From positions 3,038,001 through 3,102,000 of the forward strand of contig JAPYYK010000086.1 of the NCBI GenBank assembly GCA_028534125.1: DNA of 64,000 nt, in the 5' to 3' direction. The DNA is from Lama glama (taxonomy: Eukaryota). Position numbers and translations under genes: made by a program. The notes under the pieces were generated by a model. It worked only from the letters and a program-made list of their open reading frames with translations, did not search any database and was not told where the DNA came from. Of the stretch, positions 39,081 to 51,635 are shown in pieces; positions within the stretch are counted from its first letter, which is position 1; each line of letters opens with the position of its first letter.

Positions 39081-39591
39081 CTCTAAACTTAAAAAACCAA
39101 GGTCAAACCTGCTCACGGCCATTGGACTCCAACACTTTTGAGTCTACCTGCTCCCCATGATGACTTCCCTTTGAGGGAGATAATGGGAAAAAAGCTTTAT
39201 GAACTCTCAAATATTTTAGAAAATATGGGAGAATTAGGTGAGAAAAAAAAAACAACATCCAGTTTTCAAGGGCTTGTCTTCAAGTTTCTCTAACACTAAA
39301 TGGAAAATTATACAGGAAAAGATTATTGATGGATTTCCTGTCAATAACACCCTGAGCTGGACCAAGAAGAATGCATATTCATTTATGAAACATGAGGAGC
39401 CTCCCAAGCAGCAGGCATTCGGCTCAGGGCACAGAGGAGGACTTGCATCAGACGGGGCGTCTTCTGCCGAAAGCCCCAATCAGAACAGTGTGAAGTCGAG
39501 AAGTCACGTGGAAACTGAAGGACAACCAGGGATCCCGCGCATGTTCACAGCCCAGCTGGATGAAGGGCTGCATGCGGGACGGGGGATTTAC

Positions 39592-39772
39592 CTTTCTTCC
39601 GGGATGGAGCGTCCCTGTCCACCTCATCATCTTTCTTTTTATTTCCCAAGTCACTTGTGTTCACCGTCACCGTCGCCTTGATTTCTTGCTGGGCCACCTT
39701 CATTCGGTCGTAGAAGACCTTGAAGAATTTCTCTGACTTCTTATCTTCTGTCAACCGGCAGAAGAAGGAGTG
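39592..39772 (-). CDS. ITPR1: ITPR1 coding exon (first in window): [60 protein letters not shown]
   Basis: 181 nt; acceptor ggcag, donor GTAAAT; phase 0 to 1; translation recognisable as IP3R1 including the DEVD caspase-3 site. Confidence 0.97.
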
Positions 39773-42769
39773 CTGCCAACGAGAACCCAGAGACAGTCAA
39801 CACTGACAGACCAGTTATTGCACCCCACTTGGGACACCGAAACCTCACAAAGAGCAGAGCCAGCCACAAATCCTCACCAGCGGTCTAAGCTCGGACCAAG
39901 GGTGAACACCGTTCCACGCACTATTGTTCTCTGGAGTCTACAGCCTGAGTTTTCCTACATGGAGCCTTTAAAGCCACTGCTGTGGGATGTCTCAGTTGGA
40001 GCAGCTGGAGTCACCTGGGCTTGGGAAGCACGCTAAGGCACGGCAGGCAACCTTTAGCCAATTAAGCACGACCGTCTGCACACATACAAACCAACCCCAC
40101 CCACAATGGAAACAGAATGTATTTCTGGTGATTGTGCCACGGCCACTCATGTGTTTAAGGACTTCTGTGAGCCCTCCCCCTTGCACAGCCTTGTGGACAC
40201 GTACAGATGTGTAGGACGCGCTCCCTGCCCCTGTAGGGCTCCGCACCGGGTTACGGTGGCACGCGCAGAAGTAAGGCTGAAGTGTATAAGTAAAACGTGC
40301 TCCAGAAGCTACACAGACAATTATATTATAGAAGCTCAGAGCTGGCAAGGATGACACGGGGCTGGAGTGATCCCAAAATCTTCATGAAAAAAGATGATTT
40401 TCAAATCGCGTCTTATAGGACAGGTAAAGGGTGGTTAGATGAAGCAGCTCACAATGAACAGGTAACTCGCCTCTTGGATACACATTTTTTGTTTTTGGAC
40501 CCACTGCAAGCAATAGTATACATTGTTGATGTAAAAACACAATATGGTGTCTTAACTTCATTTATGAGCATTCTCTTTTCACCCCTTTGCAAACACCACG
40601 CTGTTGTGAGTTATTTACATAAAAATACAATACGGTCAATTTCCAGAGGAAGAAAACAAAGCTCCAAACAATATATTTGCTTCTCCCAGTTGGATCTTTC
40701 TGCCAATTTCATATCCTCCCCCATTTGGAAAGATGGCATTTCCCTACAGAAGGTAACCCTAGGCTTGTAATCCCAGAAAAAAACACAAAATCTTACCAGC
40801 CTCCTCAAGCCCCTTAACTCCTCCATCTGTAACCTCTCCCCACACCTAGCGCCTGATGTAGCAGGCCCCCCACCCCAGAGAGCCGCCATGTTTCCATCTG
40901 CCCACGTGCACCTCCATCACTGGGGCCCTCCTTCCAGCCACTAGCCTGCATGCTACACTCACAGGTGTCTGCCTCATTTGCCCACAAAGCACTTCTTGAT
41001 TGTGCCCTTCCTTCTCCCTCTCCCTGCTCTTCTTTACCTCTGGGTGTTTCTTACATACAACACAGGATCCATCCTTCCTGCGCGTGCTCCCTGGTTCTAT
41101 CTTTTCCCCTCCAACCACTCCCAAGTACCAGTGACAAGTCCCCACCTGACGACGGCTTGGACTTATCACTCTGTGTGTCGCTGTTCTCCAAGACACCCAC
41201 TCTGGAACAAGCTCAAGTCTTTAGGGTGCTCCATTGCCCTTCACTGCCTTTTATTTTCTTTTAGATTCTATTTCGTCCATCTATCCATCCACTATTTACC
41301 GTGCCTCTGTCAAGACTTGGTCACTATGCCCATCATAGGAGAAACAATGATGAGCAAAAAGGGGCCTGGACCTTGACACCCCCATGAACTGGCAGCTTTG
41401 TAAGGAAAAGACACAGTTGTTCAATAATCACCCTAGAGACTTCTGCTAAAGTAGCCTTTTATCCACTGACTTAGCAGAGTGCTGGCAAACGGTGCTGGCA
41501 GACACTCAGGGCCACCGCCCTGTTCTTCCTTGCTTTTCCTGGCTCTTCCCATGGCTAGGGTACCCTCATTCTTCACTTACACCACTCATGTCACCTCCTC
41601 AGTCACATTCTGTTTTATTCTTCATAGCAACTGGCCTCTGAAACAACCCTTCTATTTGCTGTTCACCTACTTACTCTCTGTCTTAGCCACAGTGCAAGCT
41701 CTCAGAGGGCAGGTGCCTCCCCTGTGTGGTTCACAGCCATCTCTGGAGCCCTCTGATGAGGCTCAGCACACAGAAGGTGCCCTATCGTTATCTGATGAAA
41801 GAACAAATACAACTCGACCCTTTACGGCTCCTCCGAACTTGATTCCCCAGCTCCCTCAGACCCCGCTCAGATTCTGCTTATATTCAGCGGCCACAGCAGA
41901 AATAAACCCCTAACACAGATTAATTCTGGAAAATTGTTCAAGTATGAGAAACCAAGTTCCAATGGTTCACTGCTTTGAGAGCCGATGGGTCCGCAGACAG
42001 ACGAAAGGAGACGAGTGTGGGACTAAGACGGACCTACGGCCACCTCATCGCAGTGATGGCATTCTCCACGAAAAGAAGTCATGCAACAGCTCACCCCACG
42101 GGGTCACGGGGAGACTGTGTGAGAAAGCGGCTGCTTGGGGCAATTAACTTCAGTTCCTGCCCCATTTGTCTTCTCATGGGATGGAGGCAACTTAAAAAGC
42201 ATCCGTGGACAGTCCGGTCATTCAAGAAAGCGAATGCACTTAAAGGAAGTAAGTCAATAAATACACAGCTACAGCCAACCATCTGTCGTCTGTAACCGTG
42301 CAACAGACACGCCGATCACTGCTCAACGTGTAGCCAGGAAACCCAACGGATGTCGACTGATAGGGTCAAGGCAAGGAGACCTCGCAGGAAATGAGAGTAG
42401 GGCAACGGCCTGAGGATTACATGCTTCTATATATGCTTCTGCAACAGGCCGTGTATTTATTTAGCATTATTTGTAACTGTCCTCAGCCCCTCAAGGATTT
42501 GAAGCCACTGTATAAACAAAATGTGATCAATAAAATAACCAAGTGGACAGCGGAGTATAGCGAGACAGGAGTAAGTACAGAAAACTGGAATCAAACACGG
42601 TTGGGGACTGGAAGTCACGAGAAGTGATTCAGGGTAGTCTTGGACTTGGCTCCGAGGTTCCCGGCCATCATGCTGGAAAGAGAGGTGAACTCTGTCATGC
42701 CTCTTGGTTAACAGTCAAGACGAGAGATACCACTGGTGCCTCAAAGGAAGGAAAATGCCTCTTAATGGA

Positions 42770-42935
42770 GGGGTTAGTAGTGCAGGCTTTCCAGTAGGAC
42801 CTCCTGGGTTCAAGACTCGGGTCTCTTACCCACTGGCTCTGTGACCCCAGGCAAGTAACTCAGCATCTCTGAACCCATGTGGAAGGATGCCGAGGTGGAC
42901 ACAAAGCTCTTGACGTGGTGCCCACTGAGTGAGTT
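42770..42935 (+). mobile_element. MIR SINE
   Basis: cctgggttcaagactc...gctctgtgaccccaggcaagtaactcagcatctctgaacc. Confidence 0.55.
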
Positions 42936-43477
42936 GGCTGTGTTTCTGTCCCACCATCACGTACATATCCATCCTGTGAAAACCCCACAGGGCAGTCATC
43001 ACCTGCCCGAGCAGCTACATGGTGAGAACCGTCTCCAGAGTCAGAGAGACCGGGCCTCAGCGACACCACTCACTACTCTAGCCAGTGTCACCTCAGAAAG
43101 AGACAATGTCTCTCAAACCCAAATTTCCTCCTCCACAGGATGGGCACCATCACAGGGTGCATCCTTCACGGGTGGTCCTGGAGCCCCAGGGTGATAAGTC
43201 ACAGTAACGCTCACAGTGGCCAGCCCCTCCTGACTGCTGACCAAGGGCGAGGAACTCGGGGTACACCTTAGTGTAGACGTCCAGGGGAGGCTCAGGCCAT
43301 GGAGGTGGTGCAGCAGCGAGGGGAGGCAGGAGTGGTGCTTCAAGTCTCCTGATCAAGAAGCTCAACAGAGATACACTGGAAGGAAGAGGTCTGGTCTCCT
43401 GAAGGGAAGTGGCCGTATCTTGTACACGATGAGAAGAGAAAATGACAACAGCTTGGAGGACCAGAACTTCAGCACCC

Positions 43478-43480
<3 letters not shown>

Positions 43481-43520
<40 letters not shown>
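43481..43520. repeat. (CA)20 microsatellite
   Basis: Perfect dinucleotide run. Confidence 0.97.
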
Positions 43521-43523
<3 letters not shown>

Positions 43524-44864
43524 GCTCCTCCGAGGAATGCCAAGGCTCCACAGAACATCCCAAACCAGTCCCTTCTGACCACGCTCAGGGGTGGATGGGT
43601 GACAGGATGGCCCGAGTTTTACTCTTGCTCTCAGATAGCTGTCAAGTGGACAAGCTTTACCCCCCTCAGGCTGCTTGAGCTAAACGGGGATTAAGGAACT
43701 GAGGTTTTAGTTTAAAATAATAAGGAAACCGCCCTTTCGGGTCACTCTTAAAAGTAAGAAAATATCCCTTGATTGGCCTGGCAGCCACGCACCCACCACA
43801 CCCAGCCAAGTCCTTGCAAAGGAATAGAGTGTGATTTATGACAAGCCCGCCCAGGTTCTGAAACCAGAGGCGGCCTGAGGTTAGGGACCAGCAGAAAACA
43901 GGCCGCAAGTGTGCAAGAGCTGGGGGTGGACTCCTTTCTTTAGGAGGAAGAGGTCACGGCCCCAGTCACCCTGAGCAGGAAGGGGTCCGGGAGGAAGAAT
44001 GGGAGATGCCGGCCCTCCCCACACACCAGACACACACCGGGGAAGGTGAGTGAATGAGCACCTTACTGAAAAGCCATCTTCCCCGAGCTCGAGGGTTGGA
44101 GGGGGTGAAAGACAGGCTTTGAACCCTGGAACCCAGAGCTAGGCAGCCTGTACCTCCAAGGACATGAGGCCATTGTGATGGGAGGAGCCCTTTCCGGGCA
44201 TCTCGGCTACACAAAGGGACAGAAGCAAGAAGCAGAAGCAGCTCTGATCCAGGGTGGGGCCTGACAGGAGCAGGGATGGTACGGGGAGGGCAGGCCCCAG
44301 CACTCCTGGGACAGCTACGAGACTCAGACCCTTCCCCAGAGGAAAGCATCTCCGCCCTGCGGTGGTCCACCTTCTAGAAACCCCCATGCTGGGCCTTGTG
44401 AGAATCCGGAGAGTGAGCTTTTCTATCTGACTGCCTCATACAACTCAACCCTGACCAACACACCCCATGACACCCACTCTGGGTGCCTGCTTATCTGCCG
44501 CAGAATGAATTATGTTCTCAGACTATGTGCAAGAATTTGAAAAATGTGACTGCTGAGTGGTACTGAATGCTTGTGCTTCCAGGAGCTGATGGAGATTCTT
44601 CCCTGGAGTCTGAATTTCCTCTTTTCACCCTGCCTCTGGCACACGAGGACCTCAGCCCTGGCCCTGCCTTCTCCAGGACTTGAAGGCTTGTCTCCAACCG
44701 GACAAACCCATTCCTGCCCAGCTCCTACAGATGCTCTGCTGGTGACAGAGTAACCACGAGGTGTGGGGTTTCCTTGCGGGGTTTTCTTCCTACACTGGTG
44801 ACTGCCTGAGACTTCACCCCTCCCTGGGGAGTCCTGCTCTGTAAATTATATTACCGTGAATGGT

Positions 44865-45100
44865 AACGGAACACTTCCAATTTGCCAGGCACTGCCCAGG
44901 TGCTTTGTACATGGTATCTCACTTAATCCTTGTAACTACCTATGAGGTCTGGGCTATTACTATCCCCACTTTACAGATGAAGACACTGAGGCTCAGAGAG
45001 GTCACATGACATGCCAAATCAGACAGCTCGGAAGTGGCGGTAGTGCCCCAGGACTCAGCCCCATTCGTCTGACGCTTCAGCCCTTGCCCTCAACCACCCT
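44865..45100 (-). mobile_element. MIR SINE
   Basis: tgccaggcactg...ctcacttaatcct...ccccactttacagatgaagacactgaggctcagagagg. Confidence 0.8.
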
Positions 45101-48100
45101 GCTGTGTTCAGGACCTCTCACCTGAGCCAGAGTGTGTCAAACTCCAAACACCTTCTGGCTTTTTATAACACACTCCCCCACCAATCACCCTGCGTCTCTC
45201 AGCTGCACAAACACAGACTCTTCTCACAGTACAGACTGGCTGTGTCAGGAATACAGGTGAATGGGCCCAATGCACTTGCTAACATGCGCTCCCAAACCAG
45301 CCCCTTCTGCTCTTCAAAGCTTTGCCAGGGCTGGGAGTTACAGATTGTTAACCAAACCACCGCCATGCAACAACCACTGTAGGTCTTGAGTCCTTTCCTT
45401 AGAAAGCCATGACAATAATCAAAACCCAAAGATCACAAACCATGAACTGGGTGGTAAAATGCACGTGGCTGAGGCACAGGAGCCTGGAGAACTGCAGGTC
45501 TAGAAACCTCAATTTTAGCCACTGCTCCCCTCTAACCAGGCACGTGAGCTTGGGCAAGCTGCATCAACCGCATCTGTGCCCCGGGCTCCTTCTGTGAAAA
45601 ACAAGTCTCTTACCACCTGCCTTGTCTGCATCACATGGATGCTGGGGTCCATCAAGGTCGCAGTTATGAAACACTCCATGTGAAAAACACTTTGATTGCT
45701 ATGGGAAAGTATTCAAACTCAAGGTGTTCAATCTGTCAATGCCCCTCTCAAAGGAAAGGCGTTAGCAGGTAAGACAGGTGGGTCCACTAATGTGCTGGGT
45801 GTCGTGTGATGGCCCAAGTCCAGTGTGCCTCAAACATCCAAAGACGAACAATTCCAGCCAGTACGGGTAGGTCAAGGTTGCCCGCCAAGTGACGGCAAAA
45901 ACACAACAAAGAGCAATTCCTAGCAATCGTCACAACGAAGGAAGTTAACACACAAGTCCAGCTGGAATTTCACTCGTTACAGAAGCCATTCAGGTGCCCT
46001 CAGACACAGACAGAAATCTTTTTGCTTCCATACTTTGGCTTCCACTTCTCAAAGTTTACGCTACCCACGGCAGAACATAAGCTTGGTGTCAGACCGTCCT
46101 CTCGGACAGTCCCAAGTCTTCCAACGTGAGTGATTTTTTCTCAATATTTCCAACTATTCATGACATCAGGAAATGCATGATAATTACGGAAGCGGGCAGT
46201 AAGTACCAACCACTCCCCTTGTGTATGTTAGCACTCGCTCTAAGGAGGACATGTTTTAGCAAGGTTTGGTGGGTTTCAACCAGTAAACACCTGGAAGTTA
46301 TCAGCTCATCCATCTCTCTGAGGATGCCACCAGCCTTAACGAGGTCAGAAATAATAGAAACTTTAAAGCAGAAAAGAAGGAAGTGACGAAGCGAAGCAAG
46401 GAGGGGCTGGAAAGGCATCCACATTTCAACTTCATGCCTCTGAAAAGAGCTCCCACCTCGTCCAAACCGGAAAGCCATCTCTTGACAAGCCACAGATCAA
46501 CATCATGTTTCAACTCCTCTGCCCTGCCAGGCTGCCTTCTGCTCAGTGCTGATGCCCAAGGCCTGAGAGCAAGCTGGAGGACAAGGAGAACCTCACTCAA
46601 ACTCATCTGGCCCTTGGGCTCTAGGGAAGGGCCTGAGCTGCAAGGTCAAGACCAAAGCAGTGGATCTTCAAGCTGCTTCTCGAGTTGAATTTGTTTCATT
46701 TTTTTGGCAAGCAGCCAAGTCCAATCTGTTTCCTAAGAATCACTTTTCTTCTGAGACCTGAGAGCTTCACACATCTCCTTTCCTGCCTCCCAGGCCCCAC
46801 GAGAAGCAGCTCTTGCTGGGAAAGTCTGCCCTACCTGGTAAGCGCCTCCCCCGTGTGGATCAGGATGCTAACAGCTTCTCACATACTCATCAATGACATC
46901 TCAAGCAACAAATTCTACTTCCTTTTTTTTAAAAAAAACAAAGTTTACAGGCATTATCTTACAAAGTAACTATATGTGTAGGTAAACTGTCAGCAGTTAC
47001 ATCTCTAGCAATATGTGACAGTGAAATCACACAGATTTCAGGGAGGGAGGTCAGGCCTCTGACCCAGGGACAAGAAGTGGGCTCCAAATTTTCTCTCGGT
47101 TCAGTTCTCAAACCTCCTTACAGAGGCCAAAGGCCAGCGTCTTCTGTGGGGTGCATGGACATAGCCATCTGTCTCTCCCAGCAAAAGACAGGGAAACAAA
47201 GGAGGCTTCAGAAAAAAACAACCACGACCAGTGGAACAGGAAATAGAATGTGGCAGGGGCCTCCTTGGAATCTTCTTCAAGTGCAAGAAGGTGCTTTGGT
47301 TACTCAAGTCAACACAGGGCTTATAAAAAAAAAAAAAAGAAAGGCACTGTGTAGCAGACAAGACTGCGCTTAGACCTCAGGACGGACTCGTGTGAAAGCA
47401 CTCAGGGAGGGTTTAGAGTCTTGGTCCCCGAGATCTACTCAACTAGAAGAAAAAGATGATAATCATTCTCCAGTGCGTGTCCGGGGCTGCTGGTGAGGCA
47501 CTTGGCCTCCGACGGTGCCCTCCGGGGCTGATTCTATGATTCAGCAAAAAGTGCCTCCTGGGGGTTCATAGGAAACTCTGAGGTCCTGCATCACTGTGCC
47601 CACAGACTCGCCGTGGGATCTGTGATGGGAGGGCAGAAGCCTTCTCAGTGAGGCCCCACCCTGTATCATGAGACCTGAAAAGAGCAAGACACGAGGTGCT
47701 GGGAAACCTGTCACCAAGAAATGCACACTGGGCCTCTGCCAGGGAGGGTGCAGGTGGGTCCCCTGCATAGAGCCGGCTCCCTTGTGTTACCAAGAAAGGC
47801 CTGACATGGGCATCGGAGGGCAAGACCTTTGATCTTTGGTCTCATTTCCATTTTGGGTACCTGAGGGCCAATCCATCAACACTGACCAACTTTTCCTGCC
47901 CGAAAAGCACCAAGGTTCCTCAGGGCCTCCAACTTGAGCTTTCTGTCCACATCAGTTAGAATTCTTTGCACACCTACAGGCCGTGTTTACACAGGGAGCA
48001 GCAGGGGCCCAGAGAGCGGGCTCAGCCCTCAGCACGCTCCGCAGGGTACACACAGGCAGACGGGGTGGCTGAGGAACGGGGTGGCTGTGGGCAGGGCATC

Positions 48101-48829
48101 GACGAACTTGCAGCCTCAGTCTCCTCGGCTGTCACGGAGGCAGGAGGAGGGTAACAGCCACCCGTGGGGCTGTGGGACGGAGAGGCGGTAACGGGGAAAG
48201 CCCGCACAGGGCCGGCGCTGGTAGCTGTTCTATACCAGACACTCTCTCATCCCCACTCTCAACAAACCTAGCTCTGATGGGTCCACTCGACTACAGCATC
48301 CAAGGGGAAATAAATATACTCTGGCCTGCCGGGGGCAAGGTCACGGGCTGGAAATAGCAAAACATCAGGCAAAGGAGTGTCTTCCTGAGGGAGGGCCACC
48401 GTCACCCTCAGTCCTCGGCTCAGTTGGCCAGCTCTCAGATCTCAGCCCCAGCCTGCACCCCAGAGGGCAGGTCACAGGACTTTCACTTCTCCCCACCCCA
48501 CGGGCCCACGTCTCTGGGTACTGGCCCATCAGGTAGCTTCCATATGGCTGCACAGAACATCCTTTGGATCTGACAGTAAAACATACAGATGGCCAAATGG
48601 ATGGAGGTGGCGGGATGAAATCACACAGCACTCGTCTGTGTAAGTGCTGCTTAATATACTATGGTCTTGGCGCTGGTCACGTGTATCCAAGCAGGTCACA
48701 GCCCGAGCCAACTTGGTGCCCTTTAGAAGCACTGAGCAGGGCTTGGCAGGGGCCGCAGAGATCACCCCGGCCAGCCTCTCACCTGGTGACAAGTGCACTA
48801 CCTGGGCCGAGCGGTCATCTCACGCCCTG

Positions 48830-49230
48830 CTCCCTTCCCCCGCCCCTCCCCAGGGCTCCGTTCCAACCACAGTGGCCTCCTTCGGCTCCTGCAATATGCC
48901 AACCTGTCTGCACACTCCTGCCCTCTGTTCTTCACGTGACTGGTTCTCTTCCCACCTGCTAGGTCTGGACTTAAATGGCACCTCCCTAGAGAAGGCCCCC
49001 CTGACCACCCTCAGGGGCTTCTCCACGACACTCTGGACCCTGGTAGCTTCCCTTTTCACGCTTCCCCCAGTTTACTTATTTAATTGTTAACTGGCTTATG
49101 ATTCATTTCCCCTGCTGGACTATATAACCTTGAAGGCAGGACCCATGATCTCACCTCATCCCTGACAGTATCGTGGTGCCCCCACTGGGGGCCGGGCACC
49201 TCCATAAACACCTGATCTCCTAATGAACAC
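48830..49230 (+). mobile_element. L2 3' remnant
   Basis: ttaaatggcacctccctagagaaggcccccctgaccac...gactatataaccttgaaggcagggacc. Confidence 0.55.
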
Positions 49231-50098
49231 ACAACAGTCCCGAAGGAGGGGCAACCCTGAAAAACTGAAGTCGAGTCGAGGTTTGCATCTCTGGCAGCTG
49301 AAGTTTAACTCAATAACCAGAAGATCCCTCTCTGTGAAAGCGCAAAGTCTCGCCAAACGGGGACAGTGCCAAATGCCAAAGACCAGCTGAAGGAGGCTGA
49401 TGTGGCGTTCTCGCCTCTCAGAGGCTGCTCGGGTCTGCACACAGGCCGCGGAGATGGGCTCAGGCTGGCTGGGGCTCCTAATCCGTCTAGTTAACCATCA
49501 ACCACTCTGGCCCCGCTGACACCTGTATTATCAGCCTTGGGGCAGGAAGCACAGTTATTGGTGGGCCTCCCACCTCAGAACCTGACTTGGTAACTAAAAG
49601 CTCTGGGCTGAACAGTTTGTGCGCTTGTGTTGCAAGGAGATTAATAAAAACACATTTCTCAAACACCGTATGGTGAGGGCAACTGAAACAAAGCCTCTTC
49701 CAAGAGCAATATAATTTTTCTTAAGTCCTGAATTCAAAGGGAAACAAGCCGCTTGAAGACATCAGATGGTTTCTAGGGGGATCGCCTTTGGCGTCTGGGA
49801 CATCTTGATGACAAGTTTAAAACCCAGGCAAGGGAAAACTGCTAGAAACATCAAGAGAGGCTCTGACACTTTCAAAAAGGAACTCAGAGGACTCAGGAAG
49901 CGCACGTGGGCATAGATTCCTCTGTGAAAAGGAGGGGCAAAGCCAGCTGTGAATGTCACGTAGGTTCTCAGAGGCTCAGGGTCCAAGCTTGGGCGCGAGG
50001 TGTCTTTAATGCTCCCACGCCCAGACTCGAGCCGCTGGCAGTTTCCAATGAGAGAAGATTCTCCACCGTGAGGTTCGCTCGGCTGGAAGAGTTCCAAA

Positions 50099-50109
50099 GG
50101 GAAAGTCCC
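50099..50109. promoter_or_regulatory. NF-kB site GGGAAAGTCCC (reverse complement contains GGGACTTTCC)
   Basis: Exact match to the classical Ig-kappa kB decamer; occupancy unknown. Confidence 0.55.
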
Positions 50110-51165
50110 TCCAGTTACTCAGAGGGAAAAAAAAAGTTACCTTCTCGGTCTGGAATCCGGGGATATTTTATGCAGATGTCTCTAACAGAAGTTACTAAGG
50201 GGAAGTTAGCTCGCCTTTGATTATTCAAACAGGCTACTGCTGTTAAGAATTGCACAACTCTTGGGCAAGGCAGGGGTGGGTTTCGGCTTTTCTGTTTTTT
50301 TAAGCCTGTCCTCATGGGAACCACTTTTTCTTTACTAAGAACATTGCATTATAACCTCCATACTCGTGTCTGGTAATGCCTCTGCTCTCGTGGGGATGTG
50401 GCCAACAACCCAAAGCATGAGACCACCAGGGTGCAGGTGGGCACTCCCGGGGCTGCCACAGGGGAGCTTCTCAGAAGGACAGTTTTGCTTTCCTGCTGAG
50501 AATAGGATGGAGCAGACCTTTTTTTTTTTCTTTTTAAATGCAGGGTGAGTAATCTCAACCTGCCACCTTCACGTAACAGATGTAGCCAAAGCTCTAGGAG
50601 TTGTCACTGTGGGACAAACACGTTCTCTTGTTTTCATGTGGCTGTACTTTATAAAGCGCTAGGTGAGACAGGAGAAGTCATCCCACCCAGAGCAAGGGCA
50701 CACAGGAGGGTTAGGGAAATGCACATAGCCCTTCCCCTGAGGGGCAGAGCCACTGTCTGCCCGACTGGTAACAGAACCCACCCCGTCTGCAGGCAATCCG
50801 AGGACAGAGAGTGAACTTCAAGACCTCTGGTTAGGCTCCTATAGTGGAGGGACTGGTAATAATAATAATAAAAAAAAAGTCCAAGGACAAGAAATAAGGG
50901 AGGGTGGGGGAAAAGACACTTTAGCCAAAACCCTTCTGATGTCCTAGAACGACACAATGGGGAGCTCTTAGAGGGAAAGGAGAAGATTCCGTCTCTGGAG
51001 ACAGCTCCAAGAATCCTGGGTGAGGTGTGAGAAACAAGGAAGCTTCGAGATTGGGAAAAAAAGAAAGAAAAGAAAAGAAAGTGGGGGGAGAGGAAGGAGT
51101 CGGGGAGAGGGGAGGGAGATCGCTGAGAGACAGGGGAATTAAAGAACACCATGGCAACCAGTCTG

Positions 51166-51385
51166 NNNNNNNNNNNNNNNNNNNNNNNNNNNNNNNNNNN
51201 NNNNNNNNNNNNNNNNNNNNNNNNNNNNNNNNNNNNNNNNNNNNNNNNNNNNNNNNNNNNNNNNNNNNNNNNNNNNNNNNNNNNNNNNNNNNNNNNNNNN
51301 NNNNNNNNNNNNNNNNNNNNNNNNNNNNNNNNNNNNNNNNNNNNNNNNNNNNNNNNNNNNNNNNNNNNNNNNNNNNNNNNNNNNN
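51166..51385. other. Assembly gap (220 N)
   Basis: Run of N. Confidence 0.99.
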
Positions 51386-51556
51386 TGACCTTGTTTTTTT
51401 CTGAAACATTTTCCTGGGCCTGCGGGTTGAGGACTTCCAGCCAGTCAGGGATCGTCTTAAAGTTTAAAGAGCAGGATATAGAGTTCCACGTGAAGGGGAC
51501 TCAGGAGGATCGGCCAAGTTCCAAACCCTCAGGGTCAAGTCCTCCTCCAGTAGTAA

Positions 51557-51635
51557 TATGTGTGTGTATATGGGTGTGTATATGTATATGCGTATGTGTA
51601 TGTGTGTGTGTATATATGTATATGTGTACACACAC
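51557..51635. repeat. Mixed (TG)/(TA) low-complexity microsatellite
   Basis: atgtgtgtgtatatgggtgtgtatatgtatatgcgtatgtgtatgtgtgtgtgtatatatg. Confidence 0.85.

Noticed and set aside
50519-50550. Poly(T) + CAG + G + GTGAGT as a recursive splice site of the long ITPR1 intron
   Set aside because: Wrong strand for ITPR1 and AG-G-GT rather than AG|GT; kept only as a donor for the antisense model
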